Assembly (NCBI GenBank): GCA_020137815.1
Contig: CM035358.1
Location: forward strand, 6,696,001-6,760,000
DNA from: Hormiphora californensis
Lineage: Eukaryota > Animalia > Ctenophora
Direction of reading: 5' to 3'
DNA length: 64,000 nucleotides
Shown here: positions 12,372 through 26,179 of the stretch, in pieces
How the letters are laid out: every line of letters starts with the position of its first letter
Position numbering within the stretch: position 1 is the stretch's first letter
Program-made: the position numbers and the translations under genes
Notes under the pieces: model-generated
What the model was told of the DNA's origin: nothing
What the model saw: only the letters and a program-made list of their open reading frames with translations
Databases searched by the model: none

Positions 12372-13768
12372 CCACTACACGCACCACTCCCACATGGGGC
12401 CGTGAGGCCCCATGCGAGAGCAGGGTTAAATCCCCCGGACCCGGATCCTGTTGGATCTGAGGGCCCGGAGGGCCTGCGGAGTAAAGGTAGGGTAGGTAGA
12501 ACAATGTACATACGGGTAAATTTAACAATGTACATATGGGTTAAGGAAAAGGGATGATTTTAAAAAGGGGGAAGTAAAGTGGGATTAAAGCTCATGGTGA
12601 CGGAGCACAAGACCTCCTAAACTATCTGCAAAGAAGCCCAATCTGCTACAATGAATTCTAAGAAGAGACAACTTATCAGGAACTGAAGAAGCAAACCGTC
12701 TGAATCTAAGGCAGCCTAAAACAAGCAGGAACGGGTTCGAGCGAAAAAAAAATAACACAAATGGATGATGATTACATGTCGAGCCAGAGAGGACAGCCAG
12801 CCCGTTCCAGAGAATCCAGCTGACCCCGTTCCAGAGAAGCCAGCTGACCCCGTTCCAGAGAAACCAGCTGACCCCGTTCCAGAAAAGTCAGCTGACCCCG
12901 TTCCAGAGAAGCCAGCTGACCCCGTTCCAGAGAAGACAGCCACCCCGTTCCAGAGAAGACAGCTGACCCCGTTCCAGTAAGGACAGCTGACCCCGTTCCA
13001 GTAAAGACAGCTGACCCCGCTCCAGTAAAGACAGCTGACCCCGTTCCAGATAGAACAGCCACCCCGCTCCAGAGAGGACAGCTGACCCCGTTCCAGTAAG
13101 GACAGCTGACCCCGTTCCAGTAAAGACAGCTGGCCCCGCTCCAGTAAGGACAGCTGACCCCGCTCCAGAGAAGACAGCCACCCCGTTCCAGAGAAGACAG
13201 CTGACCCGCTCCAGTAAGGACAGCTGACCCCGTTCCAGTAAAGACAGCTGACCCCGTTCCAGAGAGGACAGCCACCCCGCTCCAGAGAGGACGGCTGACC
13301 CCGCCCCAGTAAGGACAACTGACCCCGTTCCAGTAAAGACAGCTGACCCCGCTCCAGAGAGGACAGCCACCCCGTTCCAAATAATCATCTCCGATGTAGA
13401 ACCCTATCAAAAATGGAAGAAGTGGGTTAGGGGGGCTAGTAGAACAAAAACAGTATTGGTTAGCGGATAAAGGGGCGTTGGGGGTCCACAGTTGGCTGGA
13501 AGATGCCTGTTCCACTGGTAACCCTGAGCCGGAGAAGGCGGGGTAGGAACATAATAGTTGGCGATAATACACTGTGGGCCACCTTGCCAAGATGTTTTTG
13601 TATTTTGTATTTTCTGATTTTTTTCCGTATTTCTGATACACAGCCACGCTCAGCCGCGGCCACACGGACCTGGAAATCGAACAGGGGGAAAAGGGGATGG
13701 GGAAAAAGGTACTCCGTGTGACCCCGTTGCCCGGGGGAAACCGATTGGAGGTGGTGGCAGGTGGACCA
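12369..13768. mobile_element. Unclassified element with imperfect ~22-bp terminal inverted repeats and an internal 23-24-bp minisatellite (12790-13379)
   Basis: ggtccactacacgcaccactcc versus ggaggtggtggcaggtggacc; (CT)n on both flanks; ~25 units of ccccgttccagagaagacagctga. Confidence 0.45.
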
Positions 13769-14220
13769 ACTCCCCCCTCTCTCTCTCTCTCTCGCTCTCT
13801 CTCTCTCTATCTCTCTCTCTCCCTCTCTATCTCTCTCATTCTCCCTGATCTTCCTCTCATAGTATTCATTGCAAGACGATCAAATTCTCTCAGCCACCGC
13901 CAAAAGGTACTGTCTGGTTCTGTTCATTTGTCATCGACTGTCTGCCTCAATTGATCACGGAAATAATTATTTTACCACACACATTACATGACTGGTGATA
14001 TTAGAGAGACTAAAGCTATATTCTACAAATAGGGCCAGATAATTAAAATATAATGCCTTGGCTTGGGCCGAGGAGAATGAAAGTTAATGATTTTTGGCCA
14101 TACACCTTGAGCAGTGCTTGAGCAGAATGATCCAGTAAAAATGTACCAAGAGAGGATGCCAACAACTCTCTACAATTTCTCACGCATATTATATTATTTA
14201 TGTACCATTTCTCTGAAACC

Positions 14221-14281
<61 letters not shown>

Positions 14282-14807
14282 ATCTCCATCTCTCTCCATC
14301 TCCCTACCTCCCTCTATTTCTCTCTCAAAACGTATGAACTAGATAGGTGATTGCAATCATGAAGGAAGGATGTGTTTGTCAAATAGGGAAATTCCTGGAA
14401 TCCCAGGTTTTATCACCGCTGGGATCTTTACCCATTCCTTGCTAGTCAGTCCCCAATAAAAATACTCATAAAACAGCTGGCGCTTCCAAAATCAAAAATA
14501 GCCGAGGTGGCAAAATTTGGGGGCAAAATAAATAACGGAACATGGCAATCAGCAATTGGTTTAAGAGTAGTTAAAACAAATAAGGGACACTGTTAAATTG
14601 AGTCTTCCAAGAAAGAGACTGAGAGATCAGAAAGAGTGAGAGAAAGTGGAAGTTAGATAAAACTGAGAGAAATTAGGCGGATTGCCTTGTTTTCACTAAA
14701 TCTTACTTTGACCACTTATGTGAGTTGTACTCGACAAGAAGAAGAGGCTGTGTCAACACCGAGAGAGATTTGCTTTCTCCATCTTTGATATTATTCTCTC
14801 TCCCCCC

Positions 14808-14878
<71 letters not shown>

Positions 14879-15382
14879 CATTTTTCTCAGTATGCATATG
14901 TTTATTTGGCCACTTAGAGTTGAGCAATGCAATATCTGAGAGAGATGGAGAATAAGAGGCATTCTAAGAGTTAGTTAATATGAGGTCTGGGTATTAAAAT
15001 ATAGTCAAAGCATTCTCCCGATTAGATCTTCATTTTGGATCGACCGATTGTTGGTACTATACTAATACTATTGAAAAGGAGAGAATTTAGTGCATTATAT
15101 TGAGGTTAGACCGCCACAAGCACCGTCGAGGCCAGCTAGCTGTAATACCGCTACTCAAATTCAATTCCCCGTTTCTCACATCTATACCCACTACCACCGT
15201 TTAATTTAGAACATTGTATGGCATTCAGCTAAAACAAATGGCAAACAAGTTCGTGTGTGGGTGTGTGGGTTCAAACAAATGTGTTAGGATCACGTGGAGG
15301 TATACAGACACACAGACAGAGAAACATACACAGACACAGACCACGTGACTTCCTGTTTTAGGTTCTTAAAATTGTACTGTTA

Positions 15383-15607
15383 CAGTGGTCATCCGACATA
15401 ATTGCCATACCTCGACGTGAAATTCGACCTGAATCTCGACCTGGAATGAGGCGCGCATTCGTAGTGAGAGAGACACAAAGACTAACGAGAGAGAAAAGTT
15501 GAAGCGTGATAGCATTTTCTTACTGCGGCACATCTCTCTGATGCGCGCCTCATTCCAGGTCGAGATTCAGGTCGAATTTCACGTCGGAATATGTCGGATG
15601 ACCACTG
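15383..15607. mobile_element. Palindromic MITE, TIR CAGTGGTCATCCGACATA, TTA duplication
   Basis: tta|cagtggtcatccgacata ... tatgtcggatgaccactg|tta with long internal inverted arms. Confidence 0.8.
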
Positions 15608-15825
15608 TTATACGGTATACCCATTATATACATTATCTTTCTCTGCAGCAGAAACTAGGTGCTGTCCTTTAATCTGCACTTACAAATACCCTTTCGGTTT
15701 AAATGAGTAGATAATTTTTGCCAATTGAACATTTAAACCTAACACAGAGTCAATGTCAGAAATAAAGTCAGTGGGCAATCGTACAGCTTTCTTTTGTTGG
15801 GAAAGTTACTCTTGCTCTATCTCTC

Positions 15826-15938
<113 letters not shown>

Positions 15939-16820
15939 ACAACAAAGCTAGGGAAATTAAATTCATTTATTAAAAAGAAAAAGAGTAATTACTAATTTTG
16001 TTCCTGCATGTAATTACATGGTTAGAGCATGAGAATTGAACATTAGACAGAGAGTTTAGGGTCGATGTATATCTCGAAAATAGCGGAGGTATGCAAGAGC
16101 GGCGCCAAGAGCTGTATTAAGCTAGAAGTAGGGAGAATTGTGGATCATTCAGCCGTGCAGAGAGGGAGAGAGAGAGGGAGAGCTAGAGAGAGGGAGCTAG
16201 AGAAAGAGAGAGAGAGCTAGAGGGTCAGCTCAACACCCAGAGGCCAGAGAATCGATTCAGATTGCCCGGGTCATTATAAACACTCTAAGTGATTATAAGC
16301 GCTCACCCAATGGACCCCACTTGGTCTAGTGGTCCCCCCCCCCCCCCATGAATATGTGCATCGTGATTTTCGCTCGTCCCCCATTCTCTTATGTGTCAAG
16401 GTAATTACACGTGTGTGGCGGGTCGTACACGTGCCCCTGATTCAAGCAAAGCAACCATAATGAGGCTCAAACACAGAGCGCAAAAATTAGGGTGGCACGC
16501 GGCATTTGGCTTTTGGCACGTGCTGATCTAACCGCTGCTACTTGAGTCCTACTATACAAACACGGATCTCTAGTGGACTTTAAATAAATCAAGTATTATA
16601 TCTACTTCAAGAAACAAGATCTAACTACGTTCAAGCTAATTATAAATTGGTAGATGCTGACTATGTAACATATTCTTTAGTACACGTCTTCACAATGCTA
16701 AAGACTTATCACACACTCAGCTTAGACACACACACACACAAGAGAGATACAATAAGAAGTACAGTAATTAGGTCTCGCTGCTGGTTTATACACACCTTGG
16801 CTATTTCCGATATCAATAAT

Positions 16821-17092
16821 ATACCTATCGTACACCAATTTACCGGGATGCTCGGGGGAAAGCTCCCGGTAAGTCGGAGTCCGACTGTATACCTATCGTA
16901 CACCAGTTTACCGGGATGCTCGGGGGAAAGCTCCCGGTAAATCGGAGTCCGACTGTATACCTATCGTACACCAATTTACCGGGATGCTCGGGGGAAAGCT
17001 CCCGGTAAATCGGAGTCCGACTGTATACCTATCGTACACCAATTTACCGGGATGCTCGGGGGAAGCTCCCGGTAAATCGGAATCCGACTGTA
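16821..17092. repeat. 68-bp tandem repeat x4 built from a MITE end (...cggagtccgactgta)
   Basis: Unit starts at 16821, 16889, 16957 and 17025; each unit ends like the TIR of the 9048-9909 family. Confidence 0.88.
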
Positions 17093-20000
17093 CCTATCCC
17101 ATCCGATACTGCCTATCAACGAAGTTGTCAAATGTATGTCTCACTGAAATATAGATCTTCATGTGCCGAAATCTATAATTAAAATTAGGACTTCACCAAG
17201 ATAAGGGGTAACTTCCTCCGATAGAAAATTCAAGTACAAAAATTTCTTGCTCAGATCTCATTATTCAGAATATCAAGTACAGATTGGAATTTATGTGAAG
17301 CAACCTATATAACTAACTATGATGCGAATTCGCGTGGTCTGCAGATCAGTTTTAGAAATATGATAATTATACATTTCCTGCAATTGAGACGAAATGCGGC
17401 TGAGTATAATTACCAAGCTCTCTATGGTTGGTAATTACATAATCACCCTCCTAATGATAATTGCAAGAGTCATACGCACAGCACGTACGTTTCACAATCT
17501 CGAGCATTGAAATGAGCTAAATGACCTCCCCACCCCCCTCTGAAATCTCCCTCTCTGAAATCAGCATCTCATGAAAAATACATTTTCTATATAAAGGACG
17601 GGTGTAGTAAGCTAGAGCAGGGAAAACTGAAATGGCAAGGGTCTCTTTAAATTTTCCGGAGATTTTCTAGAGAGGAGAATGTCTGTTTTGTTCAACCCTT
17701 TTTATTTTATTTTATAAAACAAGGCAAGAGAATGTATGGTTTTTACAACGGCTTTTGCCAAAGAACATACATTTTCGACTCAGGTCTCAGACAAAAGATA
17801 AAATTCCTAGCAGCAACAAATTAACGTGATTGTTCGAACAAAAGGAAGGGAAATCATCCAAACAGAGAAATGCCGCCGATGGTCTTGCACGTGGAGATAG
17901 TAGTAAAAATCAGATAAATACAACTTCTGTCGGAAGAGAGAAAGGGGAATAGAGAAAGAAAGAGATCAGGCTGAGATACATAGAAAGAGAGGCCAGACAG
18001 ATAGAAATGGAAATTAGCTTCTCAGAACAAGAAGATGGTGAACCATTAATGATTAACTGATTTTGCGGTTGATTGTGCCTTGTGCAGTTAGCGTTAATTT
18101 AGGAGATCATCTAAGGAACAAGTGCAAAGTTTCTCTCTCGGTGAAACCGGGGGTTATTTGATATAAAAAAAATAGAAACGAGGACCAAAATTAATAAAAT
18201 GGGCCCAAAATCCTTTCCCAATTAATTGTTTTTTTCCCCCAAAATCAACTTTTACTAAGAATCGGACAGGCATTTTGGGGGAATGAAAAGGGGTTTTTGG
18301 GGTTTGGCCAAAACACGAATGAAAGAACCCGGGAGGAAGGGAAATAGTTTAGCTCCCAAAGATTGGGGAACACTGGCATTTTAAAATAAAAGAACCTCTT
18401 TCGCACGAGCGGGGAAAGAGGATAAAAAAAATGTTTCGAGCATTTCAACAAACTTTTTTTTCCCTGAATGAATTTCCCCAGAAAGGGGGTTCTTCTCTCT
18501 CTATCTCTCATTCCAAATCCTCCCAAACCCCATTCGAGGAAATCCCCACGCGGGGAAAAAAATTTTTAAACTTTTCTCCTTTCTTTGCCCAAGCCGGGCC
18601 TTCTTTGGTTTAAACCATTTCCTCAAAAAAACCCCAGGGGAGGTATACCAAATTCCGGTCCAAGTTTAAAAACCAACTGCTGCTGTTTCCTCCCCGTCCC
18701 TAAAGTCCCTTTTAAAAAAGGGAATTTTAAAGGGTTTGGGTTTGGGGGGACTTCTAAATTTTTTGGAATGTAAAATGACAGAAACATGACCGCACAAACA
18801 TTTGGTTGTTTAAAAGTAACAAATTTAAAATTTGGGTTTGGACGAATTTTTGGGCAAAAAGGGTTTGACACATAACGCCCCTTCAAATTTTCCCATTTGC
18901 TGTGAGCATGTTTGCAGGAGAGAAAACCGGGCTGGGTTGGGCAATTTTTTAAAAGCTTTTGAAGAAGTGCGAAAGCAATCACAATAATTTTGGGTTTTGA
19001 AAATAAAGGGACCCTTTTTTCCCCTCTCTTCCCATGCATTTGATTTTCATCTAAACTTTTTTTTCCCTTTCCCCCCCTTTTCCCCCCTCTCTCTATCCCC
19101 CACCCCTCTCTCTCTCCCCTCTCTCTCTTTTTTTCTATTTTAACCCTACCCCCCCGCTCTCTTTCCCAAAGTCTCAAAATTTTTTCTTTGTACTATTCTA
19201 TTCCCCCCAAAATGAGCGCTTAAAATTTTGAATGAAAAGTCTTTGAAATAAATTAAAAATTTGCCCGGCTGGGGGTTTAAAAAAAGTTCAAAATTTGGCC
19301 TTTTTTGTAACAATTTTTAGCTACCAAGTTCCCCACTGAAAAAAATAAGGAGGGGGGAACCAAGAAAAACCTTTTAACTATTTAAAATCTTCGTTTATGC
19401 ATCCCCCTATAGGAACTCCCCTTTTCAAACTTTGGGTTTGGGGGGTGGGGTTGGGGGGTTAAACGATGCCGCAAAGATGGGGGCCATCTTTGGTTTGTCT
19501 ATTTTTGCTAAAAAATTCTCTCTCTTCTTCCCCCTCTCCTCTCCCCTTCTCGCCCCTCTCTCTCTCTCTCCCCCCCCCTTCCCCCCTCTCCATGGGTGTC
19601 TCTCTTTACGATGTTTAGGCCGACGTTAAGGCAACCAAAACCGACCCGGAAAAAAGGGGCTTTATTGTTCGAACCTGGGGCCCGGGAGCAGTAAGGGGGG
19701 CCCAAGCAAGGGGCCCTCAAAAAAACCCTTTAAAATTTTAAAGGAGGCTTTATTTTTGATTATATAAAACACTATTTTTTCATATTCTATTATAAAAATT
19801 TTTTTCGATTTTGAAAGAAAAAGAGCGGGTTTTTACCATGTTTAGCAGTGATAATTAAATTGGAAAAGTGGATCTGGATTTAGGGCAAGATAAAATTTTT
19901 TAAAGGTTTCTTCCTCTCTCTCCTCCCCTCTCCCTGTTTCACTATAGCCCCTATCAAATTGAGGGTTTTGTAAGTTTTTTCTCCAACAGGGGGGCCTTTT

Positions 20001-22551
20001 GCAGGCTGCTAAAATATTTTAATTTTGGGGGCCCCCAACGAAATTAACCCCCAAAATTTACCCAATGGGTCTTTTGGGGTTTTGGTTGAGGGATCTCTAC
20101 AGTTTCAAATTCCATACCCCCAAAGTATTACTATGAGATCATACAGAATAAAGAGATCTGAGCAAGAAAAAAATGGGGAAAAAAAATTTGAAAAATTAGG
20201 AATCATTTTCATAACATTTTAATTCAAATTCATAACACTGGGAAGTATTTTTCCGAATAACTGAATATTTCACATTTTTTCTTATCGAAGGGCATTAGAA
20301 AAAAACAGGGTGAAAAGAAAAACCTGTCAAAGGGTACAATACTTTTTCCTTTTTGGGGTTTTTTGGCCCTTCCTGTTCCTCTATCTTTCCCCTCTCCCCC
20401 CTCTCCCCCGCTTCTAGCCCCTCTCCCCCCGTTTCTTTTCTTCTCTCTCTTCTCTCTCTCTCTCTCTCTTCTCCTCTCCTTTATCTCTCATCTTTTCCTC
20501 ATCTTCATCTCTCCTATCTCCCTCGCTTTTTCCCTCTCACTCTTCTTTTTCCCCTCGGGGGAAATTTTTTGGGTCACGGATTGACTTTGGACCGGGGGGG
20601 GCCCAAAGGATGGGCCCAAACCATAATGGGGGGGAGAAAAAGAGAGAGGAGAGAGAGGAGAGGAGGAGAAAAGGGGAGAGAGAGAGAGAGAGAGAGAGAG
20701 GGGAGAGAGAGAGAAAAAAAAAGGCACAACAAAAAAGGGGCCCCGTCCACGAAAAAAGGACGGAGAAAAGGGTTTGTAAAAGAACTTTAATTTTGGTTTA
20801 GAAAACCAAAGAAACTCTAGGGCTGAATGATGGACTGCCTACGTGATCTGAGAAGAAGCACTAGCGAAATAATCACAAAAGTTTTGACTTTTTTAAAAAA
20901 CAGGAACTTAAAATTTTGGGAGTAAAAAAAAACATTCTTTGTCGTTTAAAGAATTAATGGATTTAATAATTTTTTGGGGTTTTTTTCTAAAATTTGTTCA
21001 CTATTAAAGGGACCCGGCATTTAACAAAATGCTTCCTCCATAAAATTTTTAAAGGGGGCACAACCCGGGATTAGAGGGATTGGGGGAATTAGGGGTTTTT
21101 TAGAGAGACATCTCTTCTAGAGGAGAGGGGAAAAGAACACCGCCAGACAGAACTGAACGAGGTGGCCATGCATGTTGGGGAAAGAAATAGAGGAGGGTAC
21201 CCTGGGAGAGAATTGGAGGGGGGGCCCCCCCCCAAAGGGGGGCGGGAGGGGGGGTTTTGGGGGTCAAGTTGTCCACATCAGTGTGTCCCCAAAACGTCCC
21301 CTTTCATGGTAGCTTCATAACGAATTTTATACAACAACAACAATATAAATCAATTAGCAAGTCAGTGTCGAAACGTTTCCCGAGGAAAAATCGTACCCAA
21401 CATCCCCCAACCCCGAACACAGAAACAGGGGGGGTGCAAACGTCCCAAACAATTTCCCCCCAAAACTCAATCCCGGACCAGATGATCCCGGGGGACCTTG
21501 GTGACTGGACCCCAATCAAGATCGAAAAAAAATTGAGAAACCGCCTCACAGTATTTTAAAATTTAAGGGATCTTAATTCAATTGCCCTTTTTTTGGGGGC
21601 CCCGCCAGAAAACTCAAAGACAAAAATTAAATTTTCCCTTTTTGGGTTTTTAAGCCCTTTGGGGGGAAAAAGTAAATTCCCAGAGATTGGGAAAGCATCC
21701 CAATTAAAGTGGCCAATGTTTAATAAAAGCATTTTACTCTCTCCCCCCTCTCTCTCTCTTTTCTCACTCAAAATTATTTTTTCTCTTTTGTCTCAAATAA
21801 AATCTTCACTCAGACTGTCAGCTGTAAGGTGCTCAACTATTTCCCTTCACAGAAGGAGGAGGGTGGGTGGTGGATAAGAGCCGTAATTAAAAGGCCCAAA
21901 TTTATTTGCCCGACTTGAAAACCCCAAAAAAAGGGGGGAAAAGGGGAAAAACCCCGGGGGGCCCTTTTTTCCCCCCCCCCCCCCCCAAACCTTCCCCCCG
22001 GGGGGGGAAAAAAACCCCCTCGCCCCCCCCTCACCGGGGCCCCCCTTTCTCTTCCTCGTTTCTCTCCCCTTCTTTTTCTCCCCCCCCTTTGCGCTATTTT
22101 CCCCCTTTCCCCTTCTCTCTCTCTCCCCCCTCTTCCTCCCCCCCATCTCTCTCTCTCCCCCCCTTTTCTCTCTCTCTCTTCTTATTCTCTCTCCCTTTAT
22201 CTCCCCCCCCGGCTGGAAAAAACGCCCTGTGTTGTCCTTGAAAATGGCCCCAGACAAAACACAAGAAAAGAGGGGAATTTAGAGAGAGGAATGAGTGAGA
22301 GCCGTCTCTCATGGCATATATACCTAACGAGTTGAGCTAGGCAATCCACAATGAAAGGTTATAGCTCTCTCCGGCAAGCCCCAACAGTAATATATACAAA
22401 CCAAACTGACCTTTGCCTAGCTAGACCCCCTTTTATAAAATAAAACAGGTTTGAACAAAGCAAGCTGACCCCATGGGAATGTGACCCACAATGAAAACGG
22501 TCTGGAAAGTAAAGGTTCATTGTCCGGTGAACCAATCATTCGTCTGCCAAA

Positions 22552-22647
22552 AACAAGTAAACAACCAATCAGAACTCGTTATTTAGGTCACGTGACTGGT
22601 AATCAGCCAATCAGGGACCAGTATTTCCTGATTCGGTCGGTTCCTGG
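22552..22647. mobile_element. Truncated copy of the 109-bp hAT-like MITE
   Basis: Matches 61584-61692 but lacks the left TIR; flanked by duplicated gtctgccaaaaacaag. Confidence 0.8.
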
Positions 22648-24178
22648 TCTGCCAAAAACAAGGCGAGAGAGAAATAACTTCATAATGTTCATTAAAATTT
22701 CGAAATACCCTCTCGCGTTGTTGAGTAACAACTCACTTGCAATTGCATATAACTGACGCCAAGCTAAAAACACAGATAGCAACTAAAAGAGTTTGAAAAG
22801 ATGAGAGATGATAAAAGTAGCAGAGGGAGCAAAGAAAGTGAGAGACGTATTTAGCATTCATATAGTGCGTGCTTTCTTATGCAAAGTATGAGGCAATATA
22901 TAAGTCCCGGGTTGCATGTGAGTGCTCCTGAATGTAATTAGCTGCCCCCAGATATGTAGATGTACATGACAGTTTGCGTGTGTGTGTGTATCAGATAATC
23001 GCTATCAACATAACAAATCTATTCAATGGAAATTAAAGAAAATCTAAACCTTTGTTGTATTATTACCTTCCCTAGCTCTGGCCCTAGCTGGCTCCCTCTA
23101 ACTGGCTCTCTCTCATTTTGTTTCCATAATGAATAATTCAGCGGGCTGAATAAATATCGTGGACCATTTATCGGTTAATTTTGTTTATAAAGCATGTTAG
23201 AAAACACACTTTTCTGTGCAAGATACATCTATTCCAGAATAGATAGTCTTTTCATTTTCACTTGGTCTGAGCAGATTAATTTACCAACTTCTATCTTACC
23301 TCTAGTTCTATCCCCCCTTACGATATTTAACTTTAAGGCCATTCATTTCGTTGTATCTTTCAATTAATCACGCTGCGCTTGATTTGCAGAGAGATTCACA
23401 TGTCTGCAGGGGGACTGCTCCAATCTCCATAATATATGGAGGAGTCAGATCAGAGATGATTATGATTTAGAAAGTTGAAATTGTTCATGACCAATATTCG
23501 ATAGTCTATATTACATTGTTCATCGTAAAACTTTATTGATAAGTATGATCAACTGATTGAGTGATTGGATGATTGATTAGATGATACTGGCCTACATGAA
23601 ATTATTGAAATCCTGCCCAAAACGATATTAATATCGAAAGAGTTGGCTACAGTCCCCTCATGCGTTTACCCCGCAGAGAGGGGCCTGCAGCGTATCCCAA
23701 TCGAAAGAGAGTCGAGAGGAATGAAACAGAGTAGAGTAGAGACTAGAGTGCCAGGCAAAACTTATTACCCCCTATATTATAGTGCGTGACTATAACATCA
23801 GATGAAGCTCGTAATGGCGAGACGCCCATTTAAAATATAACCAGCTTGACTGGGATAGAGCACTACAGACAAATAGCTCCCATTAAATTTTAGGGCAGCT
23901 GGATAACTACTGTAAATTCTTGGTAACTCAACAAGAAATTACTTTGGTGGCGAGAAGCGGGCCTTCTGACCTGTTGTCTCCCAATAAACGAATTGGTAAA
24001 AAGCACGCACTTCAATTTTAACCCATTCCAAATTTAAGACAACACATACGTTGATTATCCTGAGTAGATTTGAAAATAAATGCAACTCTCCAGAGGGTCC
24101 TAGGTCCCTCGAACAATGGTGTAGTCCACAGAACGTATAGTTTCGATCAGTATACATGTGTGATTCACACTGGGAAGC

Positions 24179-24238
24179 TTGATGAGGTTTATAGGATCAA
24201 TTCTTTTATAAAAGAATTGATCCTATAAACCTCATCAA
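24179..24238. repeat. Perfect spacer-less 60-bp palindrome
   Basis: ttgatgaggtttataggatcaattctttta|taaaagaattgatcctataaacctcatcaa. Confidence 0.9.
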
Positions 24239-24743
24239 ACTTAACACGGTCGCTTGTAGTGGGAAAACGGTAATGGAAAACGAAGATACAGTAAGACGAC
24301 GCGCAACCGTGACCAATCAGGGCGCTAGTACGTGCTGACACATGAATTTTTGCCGCGCGTTATGCAACGTGTGTGTCTCATTACTGTATTTCGCGATACC
24401 GTATTTTGACTGCAAGCAGCACTGTCACATACATATAAATATGTAAGAACATATGAATATTTTGATTGAACGGTGGTTACATAATAGTCGACGCCCACGG
24501 TCCAAGTACGAAAGCATGATGGCTTTTTGTTGCCATGCTACGCAGTCTGTCTGTTAAGAGCTTACACCGGGCCTTTGGCCCGGTGTGAGAGCCGACAAAC
24601 TGGGAACATGTCAAGCTTTTTGATCGGGAGTATAAAAATTGCACCGGCAAATTCTACTAGAACTAGATGTGTATGATCAGGCACACCAAGTTGCAGAAAC
24701 ACACCTGTTGACAAGGCTGCAGAGGGTTTCTCTCTCTCTCTCT

Positions 24744-24774
<31 letters not shown>

Positions 24775-24791
24775 CTTTCTTTCTCTCTCTT

Positions 24792-24897
<106 letters not shown>

Positions 24898-26179
24898 CAC
24901 TGTCGCATTTTCTCATCTCTAGATGTTTCATTCTCACATTCTTGTCTCTCTAACATTGGTAACTGGTGTCAACAGATCTAGAGAGCTGTAAATAAGTTTT
25001 TCTATAATACATCTTTATTCTGAATTCTCTATCTTTCTCTCAACGATCTCTATAAAACCTTTGAGGTAAAGACATGCAGTGGACCTACGGCACATATGGT
25101 AAAGACATGGTGGACCTATGGCACAAAACGCCCAAATGCCAAACAATGCGTGACCACAAACCTCTCGCTCCGACGCTCCACACCTCTGGACGACACCTTA
25201 AACTAGCGAAACTGACAATTCTAGTTCCGATTTCCGAAGGGAAACCTGGTGACGGGAAAACTAACTATCGTATGTGACATGTCAAAAGATTGATGGTTCA
25301 CGTGGACACAATGTCAAAAAGGGAAGTTGGGCGTAAAATGTGTTGCAACCGAGTATTGCGCAACCAATCGTATCGGTTTAGGCATGAACTATAGCGTCTT
25401 GTTATATTTGCTTTATGGGCGGGGACAACTGCGTTTTTAATCAACAAAATAAATTAAAAACTTATTCAAAAACGCTAACCCACGTTAAGTTATAAATATT
25501 ATGCGATCAAGATTATGATGATCAATTCTTAATGTTTTGATTACATGGGTTCATGTAGTGCTTGGATAACTAATATTATATCTTACGCAACAAACATTAT
25601 ATCGAGACTCAATCAGATCAACTAGCTCGTCGAGCCGCACGATATCTTGTCCAGAACATATGAATTAGTCTCAGTCTCTGTCAGAGCATTGACCATATTC
25701 TCTCTCTGTGGTCAGAGCCTGACAATTCTTGTTGAGTAAGGGGGAACAAGACAATTCAGTCTCAACAAGACAATTCAGTCTCAAAATGAACGTACGCATA
25801 GCATGTTTGCATTATTAAAACATGATCAGGATCCAAAAGTTACCCAACAAGATAAATTGGATGTCAAACGTTGAACCAAATTCTTTGCACCACACATGAT
25901 TATAGCACATATAACGTGCTGCATAATATATTCGGGTGAGAAAGTTTGGAGAGAAGTTCGCGAGACTATGAGTTGTATGTTTGGGTGGAGACTTAGGTTT
26001 AATTTCCCAGCATCAAGATTCAAGAAGAGGCGCCGCAGAAGATTAATGAACTGGATCTGTGTGTATAAGAGACTCGAGTAGGTTTCATAGAGGGGTTTCA
26101 CGCAGTATATAGAATCACTCTATTTGAAACCTGCTGCATAACAGCCGTGATCACTGATCAGATAGGGCCTATATATATA

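Noticed and set aside
12390-13600. HDV-like or hammerhead ribozyme in the GC-rich segments
   Set aside because: I could not build the nested P1-P4 pseudoknot or find a CUGANGA/GAAA core by hand.
12716-13665. Long ORFs (166-297 aa) over the 24-bp array
   Set aside because: Mixed 23/24-bp units shift the frame repeatedly; the ORFs are by-products of a stop-poor repeat.
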